A stretch of 64,000 nucleotides of DNA from Candidatus Bathyarchaeota archaeon (GCA_963833125.1 CAWHWX010000004.1:32001-96000), one strand, 5' to 3'; counted from the stretch's first letter, positions 19,630 to 31,501 are shown. Notes: generated by a model from the letters alone, not told the origin. A program made the numbers and translations.

Positions 19630-20969
19630 ATGAGTGCGCCTGAAGGCTTGGGTAGATCGCTTAGAGACCGGTTAAGAAACTGCTCAGGCTGGCGGTGGTG
19701 GACGAGAAAGCCGTAAAGGAACTAGTACGTGACCTTCAACGGGCACTGCTTCAATCCGACGTTAACGTAAACTTAGTTCTCCAGATTTCTCAAGCGGTAG
19801 AGAAGAGGTCTCTCGAAGAGAAGCTGCCTCCGGGAATCTCCCGTCATGATCATGTTGTGAAGGTGCTGTATGAGGAACTCACACGATTTCTCGGCGAGGA
19901 ACCAACCAAACTCACCCTCGAGCCCGGCAAGCGCCAGGTAATCATGCTTGTGGGAATCCAGGGAACCGGCAAAACAACTGCGTCAGTCAAGCTGGCTCGA
20001 TTCTACCAGAAACGTGGCTCACGCCCAGCGATCATCTGCGCAGACACATACCGGCCGGGGGCCTTCGATCAGCTGAAACAACTTGCGGATAGGGTTAACG
20101 TCCCAGTGTACGGGGAACCGAACGGGAAGGAACCATTGAAGATCGTTAGGAAGGGGATGGAGCAGTTTGCGGGCGAGAAATATGATTTGATTATCGTCGA
20201 CACGGCTGGGAGGCACAAAAACGAAAAAGAACTCATGGATGAAATGAAGGATCTGGCAAAGCAAATTCAACCTGATGAAATTATCCTAGCAATCGACGCC
20301 TCGATCGGACAGGCGGCCACGTCCCAAGCAACGGCCTTCAACGATAGCACTAAGATTGGCTCCATTTTGGTGACGAAGCTTGACGGGACGGCGAAGGGAG
20401 GAGGCGCATTGTCAGCCGTTGCGGCTACGCAGGCGAAGATCAAATTCATTGGGACCGGCGAAAAGATCGATGACATAGAACAATTCATACCTGCCAGCTT
20501 CGTCGGCCGGCTTCTTGGAATGGGCGACATAAAGTCGCTTGTTGAGAAGGTGCGTGAGGCTCAGGTTGAGATTCCGCAGAAGAAGGCTAGGGCGTTTCTG
20601 GAGGGGAAGTTCACTCTGAAGGACATGTACGAACAGATGGTGGCGGTGAGGAAGATGGGGCCGCTCAAGAAGCTGGTGGGGATGGTGCCTGGCGGGATGA
20701 ACATTCCCGACGACGCCATGGAGACCGCCGAGAAAAGACTAGACGCCTGGAAGGTGATTATACAGTCGATGACTAGGGACGAGATTGAGGACCCCAAACT
20801 CATCGACTCCTCCAGAGCCAGAAGGATCGCTCGCGGCTCGGGAACCTCCGACAGAGACGTCAAGGAAATGATCAATCAATATCATATGATGAAAAAAATG
20901 ATGAAAACCATGAAACGCAGGGGCGGAGCTTTAGGAAGAGGAGGAAAACTGCCCTTCCCGACAAGATAA
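19630..20969 (+). CDS. srp54: signal recognition particle protein SRP54 (frameshift near 19668)
   Basis: GIQGTGKTT, DTAGRH, TKLDGTAKGGGALS, M-domain SRARRIARGSG; N-terminus MSAPEGLGRSLRD begins at 19630 in another frame. Confidence 0.96.
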
Positions 20970-21094
20970 CTACAAAGACCAGTTACTCGATGTGTGCTCA
21001 CACCAGTCTATACCAAATCGGCATATTGTGTGAAAGGAGTCTCCATATTTTCCGTAGTGTGAAGAGCCCAACTGAGGCCCTTCCCGTTTCGTAT

Positions 21095-21547
21095 TCACTC
21101 CGATATGTCGGCGACGGTTGCATTGTCTAGTCTTATCACATCCTTAGTGTTCAGTTCAAGGAGCCTGTCCCTTGATCCTCCTCCGCAGAAAACTGTTTCT
21201 TGATCTAACAAGGCACCGTCAAGTATGACATTCATTCGGGTTTTATGATAGATGGAGGGGGTTGCTCCAGGTGCATAACCGCTAATCCTCTCCGCATCCT
21301 CGAAGCCTAGCAGGCCGACGTTGCGTGTGTTCAATGCCTGCGCTGCCTTTCTCAAGTTGACCTTTCGATTCCCTGGAACAATCAGTAATGCGTAGTCTCC
21401 GTCAGAAGTTTTGCAGACGAGGTTCTTTGTGATTCTGTTCAATTGGATTCCCGTTTTGCGAGATGCATCCGCTGTGTGAATGGTCTCAGGCTTGGCTAGG
21501 AATCTGTGCCAAACCCCGTTTTCCCTCAGGTAATCTTCCAAATTCAT
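21095..21547 (-). CDS. YbaK/EbsC aminoacyl-tRNA deacylase family protein
   Basis: TKNLV, ISGYAPGATP, CGGGSR. Confidence 0.88.
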   Translation of the reverse strand: MNLEDYLRENGVWHRFLAKPETIHTADASRKTGIQLNRITKNLVCKTSDGDYALLIVPGNRKVNLRKAAQALNTRNVGLLGFEDAERISGYAPGATPSIYHKTRMNVILDGALLDQETVFCGGGSRDRLLELNTKDVIRLDNATVADISE

Positions 21548-21881
21548 CGAATTTCCTCCGTTGTAAAGGAGACGCCGTTTTTTGTTACACTCGCTGAGCG
21601 GCAGATATATCTGATTCTAACGTTGGCCGTTTAGAAATAAGTTGGTTGCGACTTCTTTTCTCACAGGTACTGGACTTACTCCTCAAAGGTTAACCCATTT
21701 CCAGCGATGGACTAGCTTGGAACTCCTCGAACAGAACGGTCGATGGATTGTTTCTGGAGATTATCTGATGGCATGAGCGATTGGATTAGAACAGTCAATG
21801 AATAACAAACCTCTGGAGCATATTCTTGCTGCAACCGACACTGGCCACTGAAATGCCAATTTGACTGCTCTAACGTCGTGT

Positions 21882-24390
21882 TCAGAACTCTCGTCGTACA
21901 ATCCAAGTCTTACCCGTAGGAAGTCGCTCCAGATTTGCAACGTCTTTGATGATAACCTTTGTTTCGCGGCCGACAACGCTCATCAAGACATTTTCAATCG
22001 CTAATCTGTCTTCCGCTGAGGGTGATTTCGACCAAACTACTCGCAACTCCAGAATGTTTGGGGCTGTTTGCGCAAATTGATAGAAACGTATCAGCTCGGT
22101 GAAATCATTCGTGACGAAGAGTAACGCCCCCAAGGCCCCACCGCTCAGAATCCTCTTGCTGGGAAGGACAATCGTCTCTGAACTGCGACCCTCGATGTAT
22201 TCAATTATCGGCCAACCCCCAACTGACCTCTCGCCGTCTAAAGCGGCTAGGTCACCTGTATCATATCTAACGAAGGGAAAAACGCAGTTATTCAAGTCCG
22301 TTACAACCAGACGGCCGCTTTCTCCCGGCGATACTGACTTGCCCTTATCATCAACTACTTCCACATATGCAAGGAATGGGTTAAACGCGTATTGGCGTGT
22401 TCCAGGAAGAGTCCCCGCAAGAAAACCATTGAACTCATGTGAGCCATACCATGAATGCACTGGACATTTGAAGACCCTTGAAATTCGTCTTTCTGCTTGA
22501 ATTGTCAAGAGGTCGGCAGTTGTGATAACGCAAGATGGTTGGACGGTCATGACTATACTCTGTCGGTCGATCTCGGACGCAATCCAATCCAGTGCACTTG
22601 CGACTCCGTACAGTGAGTAGCCGGGGAGCGACATCCATACTTTGAGCTCTTTCTCTATCGAGGCGGGTGTAAGCTCTAGTGCTGATACGGGATGAGTATT
22701 TTCGTCAAGTCTATCTGGCATGTTCCACGCCAGCGAGATCATTGTGGCCGAGCTCGGGACAACATGAAGCCACTTGAGGAATTGGAATGCGGCCCTGTCT
22801 AAGGAATCCTGCGACCGTGTCCCGATAGAATGCCATAGGTTGTCCGGTGCTCCCGGATGTAGTTAACGGCCTCCTTCGATCTACAGGAACGTCCTCAGCG
22901 AGGATACTCTCACTACGCTCTCGGATTATCTGTTTCGTAAGGATGGGAATTTCCTCAAACGGGCGTCCGACATCAATCACCTCACGGTAATAGCGACATC
23001 GTTCGACCGCGAATCGGACCATCGCGTCCCTTAACCCGCAACTTGCTACCTTCCAAGTGCCGGAGTCACCCTGCCACGCTGCGAGCATTTTCTGATACAT
23101 CCGATCCTGATCATGGAGGCCTCGAAGAATGTCAGTTTCCCCACCTGACCGATTCCCCACCTCCTCATCGAGCATTTTTCTCTTCGCTCCGTTTGACGGA
23201 TTCTCTCACGTTCTAATTCGCTAACATGTTGGAGAAGCATCGGTCCGTCACCGTCCTTATACACATCTTTCGCAAGGGCGACACCCCAAGCGGTGAGTCT
23301 TGAGATGTCGCCCCGCACGTACTTCCGGGAATGCGACTTGCAAATCGGATCTACACAGATACAAATATAGGAGCAAGGAAATCCCCGGGTCCAGCTCATA
23401 CCTGCTCAAATCTATCGAGTCCAAGCGTGAAACTCGCATGTATATGACTCTCCGAAAATATCTTTGAAAGCCTCATGAACTCCATTTAAACTCTCCAGCA
23501 TTTCCATGGAAATACTACCCCCTTCAGATTCCATTAGGAGCCTCATTCTCCACATCATGTCCTGCGTACGATTCTCCACGAATTGGTCGCACAGATGACG
23601 ATCTGGGTCTCGGATGAGTCTCGGATAATTCCAGTATTTCCGAGCGAAAACCAAACGATCTGCTAAATGGAGCAGCGCATGTTCTTTGTGGTAACAACGG
23701 TAACCTAGGCACACATCTAGGTAATGAAAGTCTGTCAATTCACGGAGGCGAAGGAAAAAATCACGATCTTCGGAAATTAACAGATCAGCGTCGAAACCAC
23801 CCACTTTGAGTATTATTTCCCTTCGGCAAAACGCTGTTGAGGGATGGATCACGCTTCCCTTTAACAGGAGATCTTCCCATGAAGGGGCATATCGCAAGTG
23901 CGGCGGCAAGGTCGTGAATCCTAGTCTTTCTACTTGCTCGTTGAAGTCTTCAAGGTTGCTGAACGTTAAACCGACCGAAGGGTGCCTCTCGAGGATTTCA
24001 ACTTGGATTGCGAGTTTCTCTTGAACCCAGAAATCATCCTGATCGAGGAAGGCTATGTATTTTCCGCAGGGCGAGATTGATTCCGTGGTTACGCGCACTC
24101 GCGACTCCACTATTCCTTTGCTCAACCAGGCGAATCTTGGATCCATACCTTCGCAACAATTCGATGCTTGAGTCAGCAGAGCCGTCGTCTACGACGATGA
24201 CTTCACGCTCGCGGTAGCTCTGTTCCAGAACATTGTCAACTGCACGGCAAATAGTTTCCTGTCCATTGTAAACTGGGATGATCACGCTAACCAGCGGGAA
24301 ATTTTGCCCTGATACCTCACTGGGAGAATTGTTATCCTTGTTAAGTGCCAACTGTTTCGAGTTGTGGTTTATCTCGTTGTTGAAAAGCAT
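21882..24390 (-). CDS. GT2 glycosyltransferase fused to a phenylacetate-CoA-ligase/CapK-like adenylate-forming domain (about five frameshifts; may be a pseudogene)
   Basis: Overlapping fragments: VSVIIPVYNG...VVDDGS (24390), IAFLDQDD...SEDRD (24146), RSDLQVAFPE (23439), TTSGSTG (23175), YGSHE...RYDTGD...EGR (22742). Confidence 0.7.
23121..23156 (-). repeat. left copy of a 36-bp inverted repeat (partner 26275-26310)
   Basis: Minus strand reads GGAATCGGTCAGGTGGGGAAACTGACATTCTTCGAG; 34/36 identical to the partner. Confidence 0.92.
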
Positions 24391-24657
24391 CGTATATGCC
24401 TCGATGACCCATTGTTTTCTCTTTACTCACAGGGCCTGGCACGTTTGTCTACACTGGAAGCCATTTACCTACTTTTAGCTTACACAGGCTTCAGCGAGTT
24501 CTGGGAGCACAGGAGATAAATCATTCTGTTTTCCTGTAACATGATTCTACTGAAAGGCTCTGCACCTCGTTTACCGCGAGACTGGAGCAATTGAGCTGAG
24601 CGAAGGGACTAGGAACCAGTGTCTAGTGGATATCAAATCCTCAATGGGGTGTAATAG

Positions 24658-27600
24658 GTGAGAAGCAGAATTGGAATACTCCATGATAATATCAGTGGCA
24701 ACACAGGAGATGTAGCCATCGGCCTGAGTGTCAAGAAAATCCTCACCGCAATTGGGGTGTCATTTGAGGAACTTGTTCCCGGCAGATTCAATCCGAAGAA
24801 TTATCAGATGATCATTATCGGTGGTGGGCATCTGCTTCGGCCCTCACCCGATTTCTTCTATGATAAGTTCCGGGTGCTTGGGAATCATATTCTGAACTCG
24901 TGCGGGATAGTAGGGGGCCCTAGCGATCTCCAATACCTGGATGACTACATGTATCTAAGCGTAAGGAGCGAAGGGGACAGGCGAAAACTTGGTTATCTCA
25001 GGAAAGAAGTGAGTGTAGTACCATGCACTTCGATGCTTTTAGATGAGGCTAAGGGATTCAAACTCTCAATCAAGAAACCTAGTATAGGATTGCATCTGGG
25101 GCCCGGCATTGAAATGCTGTGCCCCCAGAGCGACGAGCCCCTGATCGAATGGATTGCATCGCTACGTCGCCGTTTCAATGTGTATCTCATTCCGATGACT
25201 TACTACATGCATGACTTCACGTATCTGCATGGACTCTCCTCCAGAGTAAAGGGATGTGAGCTTCTTCCTGTCTTGAAGCCCCGTGAAGTTCTAACCACTA
25301 TAGGGCAGTTTGACTATTTCGTAAGTTCCTCTATGCATGGCGCAATTTTCTCGTACATGCAGAAAGTCCCCTTCATCGCAATGGACTTCGAGAAGATCAG
25401 ATTCTTCATGCAAGACCGAGGACTTGAGCGATACCTCTTCCACGATCTTGACGGAATGAACGCGCAAGCATTCGGCACCCTACTCCAAAACGCTCCCAAC
25501 TACTCTCCAATCCTTGCAAAGGACTACGATACGTTACACCAGCATGTGCAACGCATGAAGAACATCTTGAGGCAACACAGACAGGCGAAACTGAACAGCG
25601 TAGCAACAAAAGAACTTGAAAAGCGCAGACTCTGGGCAAGAAACCGATTCTCAAATTCATAACATGCAGCTTCAGCTAATGGACTTGTTAGCACTATCCG
25701 AGAAGCAGACGCAGGAGTTAAGCGAGGTCAAGGCAAACTTTGCTCAGGGTGAATCTAAGGTTCAGGCTTTGGAAGGTGAGAAGTCCAAGCTGGGTGAGGA
25801 GCTGAATCGAACGAGGACGGAGGCTTCACAGCGCGAATCTAACGTTCTGGCTGAAATGAACCAAGTCAGAGCAGAACTATCTCACACCCAGGAAGAACTT
25901 GACGCCGTACTGGGAAGCGTTAGCTATAATGCACTTCGATTCTTTACCAAACGTATCGATCAATTGTTTCCAGACAATACGTGGCCTGGACGTTTGCGCA
26001 AGAGAGTTGTATCACGCCTTAGAAGAGATCGTAAGCCCCGCGATTTCAAGAACACCAACAAAGCAGTTCCTCAGAAAGTGCGTTGGTCGGATAAGACTCG
26101 GAAGCTCGGGCGCGGTTATTCTTAGGATACTTCGGGAAGAAGGAATGAACTCTCTATTTGTGAAAGCGCTTGAGAAGATTCGTAGAAGGGAATTTGGAAT
26201 CACTAGGGAAGAATGGGGGCAAATACTAGAGGAACCTCCAACATCGGAGCGGAAAAGGCGCTATGACGAGTTTAGGAATCGGCCAGGTGGGGAAACTGAC
26301 ATTTTTCGAGACGTCTATCAGAGCATGTTATCAGTCGCCACTAGTGGTGGAAATCATGAAAATCGAACGATAGGCAAAGGATACGCGCCTGCGACTAATC
26401 GTGTGAAAACGATTGCATTCTACCTTCCCCAGTTCTACCCCATTCCAGAAAATGATGTCTCGTGGGGAAAAGGCTTCACTGAATGGACCAACGTTTCGAA
26501 GGCGGTCCCACAATTTGTGGGCCATCATCAACCCCGGCTACCTGGAGAATTTGGCTTCTACGACCTACGATTTATTGAAGTTCAAAAGACTCAGATCGAA
26601 TTGGCGCGTCAGTATGGCGTTTATGGTTTCTGCTTTTACTATTATTGGTTTGACGGTAAACGGCTACTTGAGCGTCCCCTTGATAATTTCCTCACGCATA
26701 CAGAGCTCGACTTTCCTTTCTGCCTATGTTGGGCCAACGAAAGCTGGAGTCGCCAGTGGGACGGCCTAACAGGTGAAATTCTCGTGCCTCAGAATTATTC
26801 CTCGGGTTGGGACCTCAAATTCATTCAGAGCATTGAAGACATACTTCGTGATAAACGGTACATCCGTATCCACGGCAAGCCACTTCTAATTGTCTATAAA
26901 CCCGGTAAATTGCCGTCGGCTCGGTCTGCGGCGGAAAGGTGGCGGAAATATTGCATAGGAAAGGGAATAGGCGACTTGTACCTCGTGGCCGCCCAGACAT
27001 TTGGGTTCGTCGACCCGCAACCGATAGGATTAGACGCCGCCCTTGAGTTTCCACCCCACAACGCTGTTACTCCCGAAATAACACACAAAGTACAATTACT
27101 CAATTCCAAGTTCGCCGGGAAGGTGTATGATTACAGGGATATGGTGGAAAGGCAAATTTCAAGGACAGACGAAACGCCCTTCGACAGGTTTCTCACCGTT
27201 ATGACGGGTTGGGACAATGAGGCGAGGCGACCTGGCCGAGGGCACATTTTCGCTTTTTCGACACCCACAGCGTATGCAAGATGGCTTCGATATGCTTGCG
27301 AACGAACAACTACGCTACAACCGGATGCGGAGAAGCGTCTGGTCTTCGTAAACGCTTGGAATGAATGGGCTGAGGCAGCCTACTTGGAGCCTGATCGACA
27401 GTACGGGCGTGCCTATCTGAATGCGACTGCATCTGCGCTGAGATTTTCCGGTGAATCCGTTGGAATAGATCGACCCAATAGCTTACCCGCTTGGCAACTG
27501 GAAAAACACTCGAAAACAGCGGTCATACTGCATCTTTACTATCCTGAGCTGATCGAAGAGATTTTCGGATATCTCAATAATCTGAACGGAGATTTCGACC

Positions 27601-28349
27601 TTTTCGTTTCTATACCAAAAAATATTAACTTCTCCGAAGAGGAAATCTACAGACGTCACGCTCACGTTTACCTTTACCGTTGCGAAAATAGAGGGCGCGA
27701 CATTGCTCCTTTCCTTAGGATCTTTTCTGCGCTTGTACCCGCTCAACTATGACTATGTATGCAAAGTCCATTCCAAGAGAACCCTGCACAAAGTTGACGG
27801 GGATTTGTGGCGCAAGGATGTATGTTCGAAGATCTTGGGCGCTCCGGAGGATCATTTCAAAAGTGAAAGTAGCGCTCCATCGACCGAACATTGGAATTGT
27901 TGCGCCAGCCGGGACATGTACTCCCTTCAGAATATTACTGGGGCGTGGATAGCGAAGGAAATGCGAACAGAGCTAATGTCGCACGATTTTGCCGAGAAGT
28001 AGGTCTGGAGATCGGTGATCTAAATTTCCACTTCGTAGCGGGTTCAATCTTTTGGTTTAAGCCTAGGGTTCTTCAGCTGCTCAATAGAATGCCGATCGAC
28101 ATTCAAGAATTTGAGGGTGAGCCAGCACAGAAAGATGGAACATTGGCACACGCCTTCGAGAGATTCTTCGGTCTCCTAGCACAGCAAGAAGGCTTCGAAA
28201 TCGCTGAAATCAACAGCAACCTCAAAATGACAATGCCCAGCACCGGAAGCCTCCCCAATTACCGTTGGGCGACTGCAACAAGAAACGGAAAGGTGTATGT
28301 ATCTTCGAAGAAGATGCCCCCGACGACTAACGTGGGCGAAACTCTTTGA
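24658..28349 (+). CDS. polysaccharide pyruvyltransferase / coiled coil / WbsX-like (GH99-like) / RgpF-like multidomain glycan protein (several frameshifts)
   Basis: NTGDVAI, IIGGG, SVR, SSMHGAI (pyruvyltransferase); heptad segment 25616-26000; IAFYLPQFYP..END..WGKGFTEW...NAWNEWAE (WbsX-like); ILHLYY..NRGRDIAPF, KVHSK, FVAGSIFW, DGTLAHAFER (RgpF). Confidence 0.75.
26275..26310 (+). repeat. right copy of the 36-bp inverted repeat (partner 23121-23156)
   Basis: GGAATCGGCCAGGTGGGGAAACTGACATTTTTCGAG. Confidence 0.92.
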
Positions 28350-28855
28350 GAAATCATTCTATAGAGGCACGACCCAAATAGTTAACACAAATGCTAGTTT
28401 TACGCCCACAACCGTGGCGGAAGTAACGGCGAAGCCCTAGAACTCCATGAATTACAGAACTTCATCGAAAACTAGCTTTATCGAAAACTGAGGACTAAGC
28501 AGAAGACCTTATGGAGTCAGTTCTACGCCTCACTCTCGCAAGCTTTCGACCCCATTAACATTAAACTCGCGACGAACCCAACCAGTCTCTCAGACTTCTT
28601 TAATCCGGCGATATATGGGGTACGCGAAAGACGCCAACGCCTCGCTTATTGAGCCATAATTAAACGACATAGGAAACTAGCGATTAATTCCAATTACCTT
28701 ACCGAGACAGGAATGAAGAACCACGAAATCGCCCAGAATACCTTCAATTTAACGCATAAAGCAATCCCGGGCGGTCGGCTAGATTCCACGGGTTGACGGC
28801 CTGTAAGTTAATTAGCCCGCGGGTAATTTGCTGGCACAATTCAAGGTTATGCCGT

Positions 28856-29149
28856 ATGGTTAGGCGTTCGAAGGGTTACCGGTCAAGGACAAGGTCCCTT
28901 TTCCATAAGCACCCTCGAGAAAGAGGAAAGCTCGGGTTGAGCAGGATATTGAGAATATACGAGCCGGGAGAGAAGGTGACGATAATGCTCGATTCTGCCG
29001 TTCACAAAGGTATGCCCCATAGACGGTACCACGGGAGAGTTGGCGTAATTCACGAGAAACGCGGCAAATCATACGTCATTCACGTCGAGATGGGCAAGCA
29101 AACAAAGCAGATCATCGCCCGCCCAGAACATATAACACCCCTACGCTGA
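28856..29149 (+). CDS. rpl21e: 50S ribosomal protein L21e
   Basis: MVRRSKGYRSRTR...HKGMPHRRYHGRVG...RPEH. Confidence 0.96.
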   Translation: MVRRSKGYRSRTRSLFHKHPRERGKLGLSRILRIYEPGEKVTIMLDSAVHKGMPHRRYHGRVGVIHEKRGKSYVIHVEMGKQTKQIIARPEHITPLR

Positions 29150-29160
29150 GTGGACCATTC

Positions 29161-29496
29161 TTGCCAAGAAAAATTATTGATTCAAAACCCACTACCACGG
29201 CTGAAGCGAGGAAGACCTTGGAAAAGGCGAAGGAAGATGAGCTCGGTGAGTTTCAGAGGCGTACACTCGACTATGCTTCGAAGTTTTCTAAGATTCCCGC
29301 TCCGAAAGCTGAGAAATTAGTTCGGGAGCTTGGTGAGAAGTTTCAGCTTGATAGAAAGGATGCGATCCAGATCGTTAATACGATGCCGCGGTACGTAGAA
29401 GAACTTCGGACAATACTTACTGTCAAGGGCAGAATAATCAGCGCTACTCAGCTAGAGGACATTCTCAAACTGGTTAAGGGGTACAGGGAAGACTAG
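29161..29496 (+). CDS. rpo4: RNA polymerase subunit Rpo4 (F)
   Basis: QRRTLDYASKFSK, IVNTMP...ELRTIL; conserved position after rpl21e. Confidence 0.9.
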   Translation: MPRKIIDSKPTTTAEARKTLEKAKEDELGEFQRRTLDYASKFSKIPAPKAEKLVRELGEKFQLDRKDAIQIVNTMPRYVEELRTILTVKGRIISATQLEDILKLVKGYRED

Positions 29497-29730
29497 GCTA
29501 CCGACCCGCCCTATTAGGGGTCGACAGTAAGCTTTTTTCCCCCCGAAACCACTTCTTTAGGTGGATATGCTGAAACTTGCCCGCCCTTGGCCTTCCTTCA
29601 AAATTAACCACTATTGAGAAGGTATACCGGCCAATCGTCTGCTGGCTCCCATAACGCACACAAAACGCGTCTACTTCTGGAGACATGAAAGTTGAGTGAG
29701 AGTACAAGAAGTTCAGAGTACGGAGGAGAC

Positions 29731-30348
29731 ATGAGTTCAAGTTCCTCCAGGTTTAGGTCATCAGCCAGCGGTCCCTCTGAATATGGGCTTCCTCCTAGGC
29801 TGTATGAGGAGTACGCTTACGTTCTAGACTATTTGCAGTACGGCAGGACAGCCACAGACAAGCCCCGACACCTAGCCCTTCCAACAGTCCAAGTCGTGGG
29901 CGAGACTTACTTCACCTTGCTTGAAGCGGAGGTTCGTGCTGGCACTCAGGTTAACCTTCACGAGCGCGTTTACATTGGCAAGGACCGTCGGGAGAAGATC
30001 AATCGAATCATCGGAAGAATTGGCTACAACGACCTAACCGCTAACGCCAAAGCCGAAGTACTCTCGGTACTCGAAGAGTTAATCGCAAACCAAGAACAGC
30101 GGTTCGTGGCGTTCTTCAACAACTCCCAAGCCATCACCCCCCGCATGCACGCCTTAGAACTGTTGCCGGGGATTGGTAAGAAGTCTATGTGGCAAATAAT
30201 CAACGCTCGAGAAAAGAAAACCTTCACCAGCTTCAAAGACATCAAAGATCGCACAAGCGTAGGGGATCCGATCAAGGTAATAGCGAAGCGAATACTGGAT
30301 GAGCTGGGCGGGGGAGAAAAATACCGAATCTTCTCCCGAGCCCTCTAG
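29731..30348 (+). CDS. DUF655 family protein
   Basis: EEYAYVLDYL, FTLLE, RMHALELLPGIGKK; conserved rpl21e-rpo4-DUF655 order; GGAGGAG before ATG 29731. Confidence 0.9.
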   Translation: MSSSSSRFRSSASGPSEYGLPPRLYEEYAYVLDYLQYGRTATDKPRHLALPTVQVVGETYFTLLEAEVRAGTQVNLHERVYIGKDRREKINRIIGRIGYNDLTANAKAEVLSVLEELIANQEQRFVAFFNNSQAITPRMHALELLPGIGKKSMWQIINAREKKTFTSFKDIKDRTSVGDPIKVIAKRILDELGGGEKYRIFSRAL

Positions 30349-30360
30349 AGAGCCTCCCCA

Positions 30361-31461
30361 TTGCCGCCCAGGGTAGTCATGCACGTCGACCTCGACTACT
30401 TCTACGCCCAATGCGAAGAAAACGCCAACCCCAGCATTCGCGGGAAACCCGTTGTCGTATGCGTCTACTCTGGACGAACGGAGGAAAGCGGAGCAGTCAG
30501 CACCTCAAACTACATAGCCAGAAAATACGGCGTGAAAGCCGGCATCCCCATCGTACGCGCAAGAAAACTGTTAGAATCAATAGACTCAGCTTTCCTCCCA
30601 ATGAATCGCCCCTACTATGAACAAGTCTCAGGAAGGGTTATGGAAATTCTCCGATCACACGCAGACGCCTACGAGAAGATGAGCATAGACGAAGCATTTC
30701 TTGACATTTCAGAAAGGACGAATCAAAGCTATGATTCTGCCCGCGACGAAGCTCATGAAATAAAGAATCAACTGCTAACCGAAGAACACATCACGTGTTC
30801 GGTTGGGGTTGCCCCGAATAAGGTTGTAGCGAAAATAGCCTCAGATCAAACGAAACCGGACGGGCTGACCGTCGTGAAACCGGAAGAGGTCAAAGACTTT
30901 CTTTCTCAGTTGCCGGTAGGTAGGATTCCTGGCGTTGGAGTGAAAGCCGAAGAAAAGCTAACTCAGTTGAACGTTTCGACTATAGCTGAACTCTCGGCTC
31001 TAGACCCAACCGTCCTCGTCGAAATATTCGGAAAGAGCCTCGGAAGCTACCTCTACCAAGCCTCACGTGGAGAAAATGATGAACCCGTTAAGGAGAGAGA
31101 GCAGCCAACTCAATTCAGCCGCATCGCCACCCTCAAACAAAACACGCGAAAACCAGATGAAATTCTCCCCCTCCTAGAAGAGTTAGCCAACAGCGTAGCG
31201 GAGAAGACGAAAGCAAACGGAATGACTTGCAGATCCGTCGCGATCATAGCCATACTCAACGACCTGAGCATGCATAGCAAATCCAGGACACTAGAAACTT
31301 CGACCTCCGACGGCTCAGCAATTGGAGCCGTATCAAAGCAGTTGATCGAGGAATTCCTTCAGTCCATGCCTGACGCTGTACTCCGAAGGGTAGGCGTTCG
31401 AGTCTCGGATTTAATGAAACCGACCGGTCAAACAGATATCTCAAAATTCCTAACCGCCTAA
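30361..31461 (+). CDS. dbh: Y-family DNA polymerase IV (Dbh/Dpo4)
   Basis: HVDLDYFYAQ, NYIARKYGV, SIDEAFLD, AKIASD..KPDG. Confidence 0.95.
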   Translation: MPPRVVMHVDLDYFYAQCEENANPSIRGKPVVVCVYSGRTEESGAVSTSNYIARKYGVKAGIPIVRARKLLESIDSAFLPMNRPYYEQVSGRVMEILRSHADAYEKMSIDEAFLDISERTNQSYDSARDEAHEIKNQLLTEEHITCSVGVAPNKVVAKIASDQTKPDGLTVVKPEEVKDFLSQLPVGRIPGVGVKAEEKLTQLNVSTIAELSALDPTVLVEIFGKSLGSYLYQASRGENDEPVKEREQPTQFSRIATLKQNTRKPDEILPLLEELANSVAEKTKANGMTCRSVAIIAILNDLSMHSKSRTLETSTSDGSAIGAVSKQLIEEFLQSMPDAVLRRVGVRVSDLMKPTGQTDISKFLTA

Positions 31462-31501
31462 TACCTCAGTCCACAATCAATTTCTGATATTCGAGGGTTC
31501 G

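Noticed and set aside
28350-28855. tRNA or attachment site at the right edge of the glycan locus
   Set aside because: No cloverleaf or T-loop motif found; only a short ATCGAAAACT direct repeat, too weak to call.
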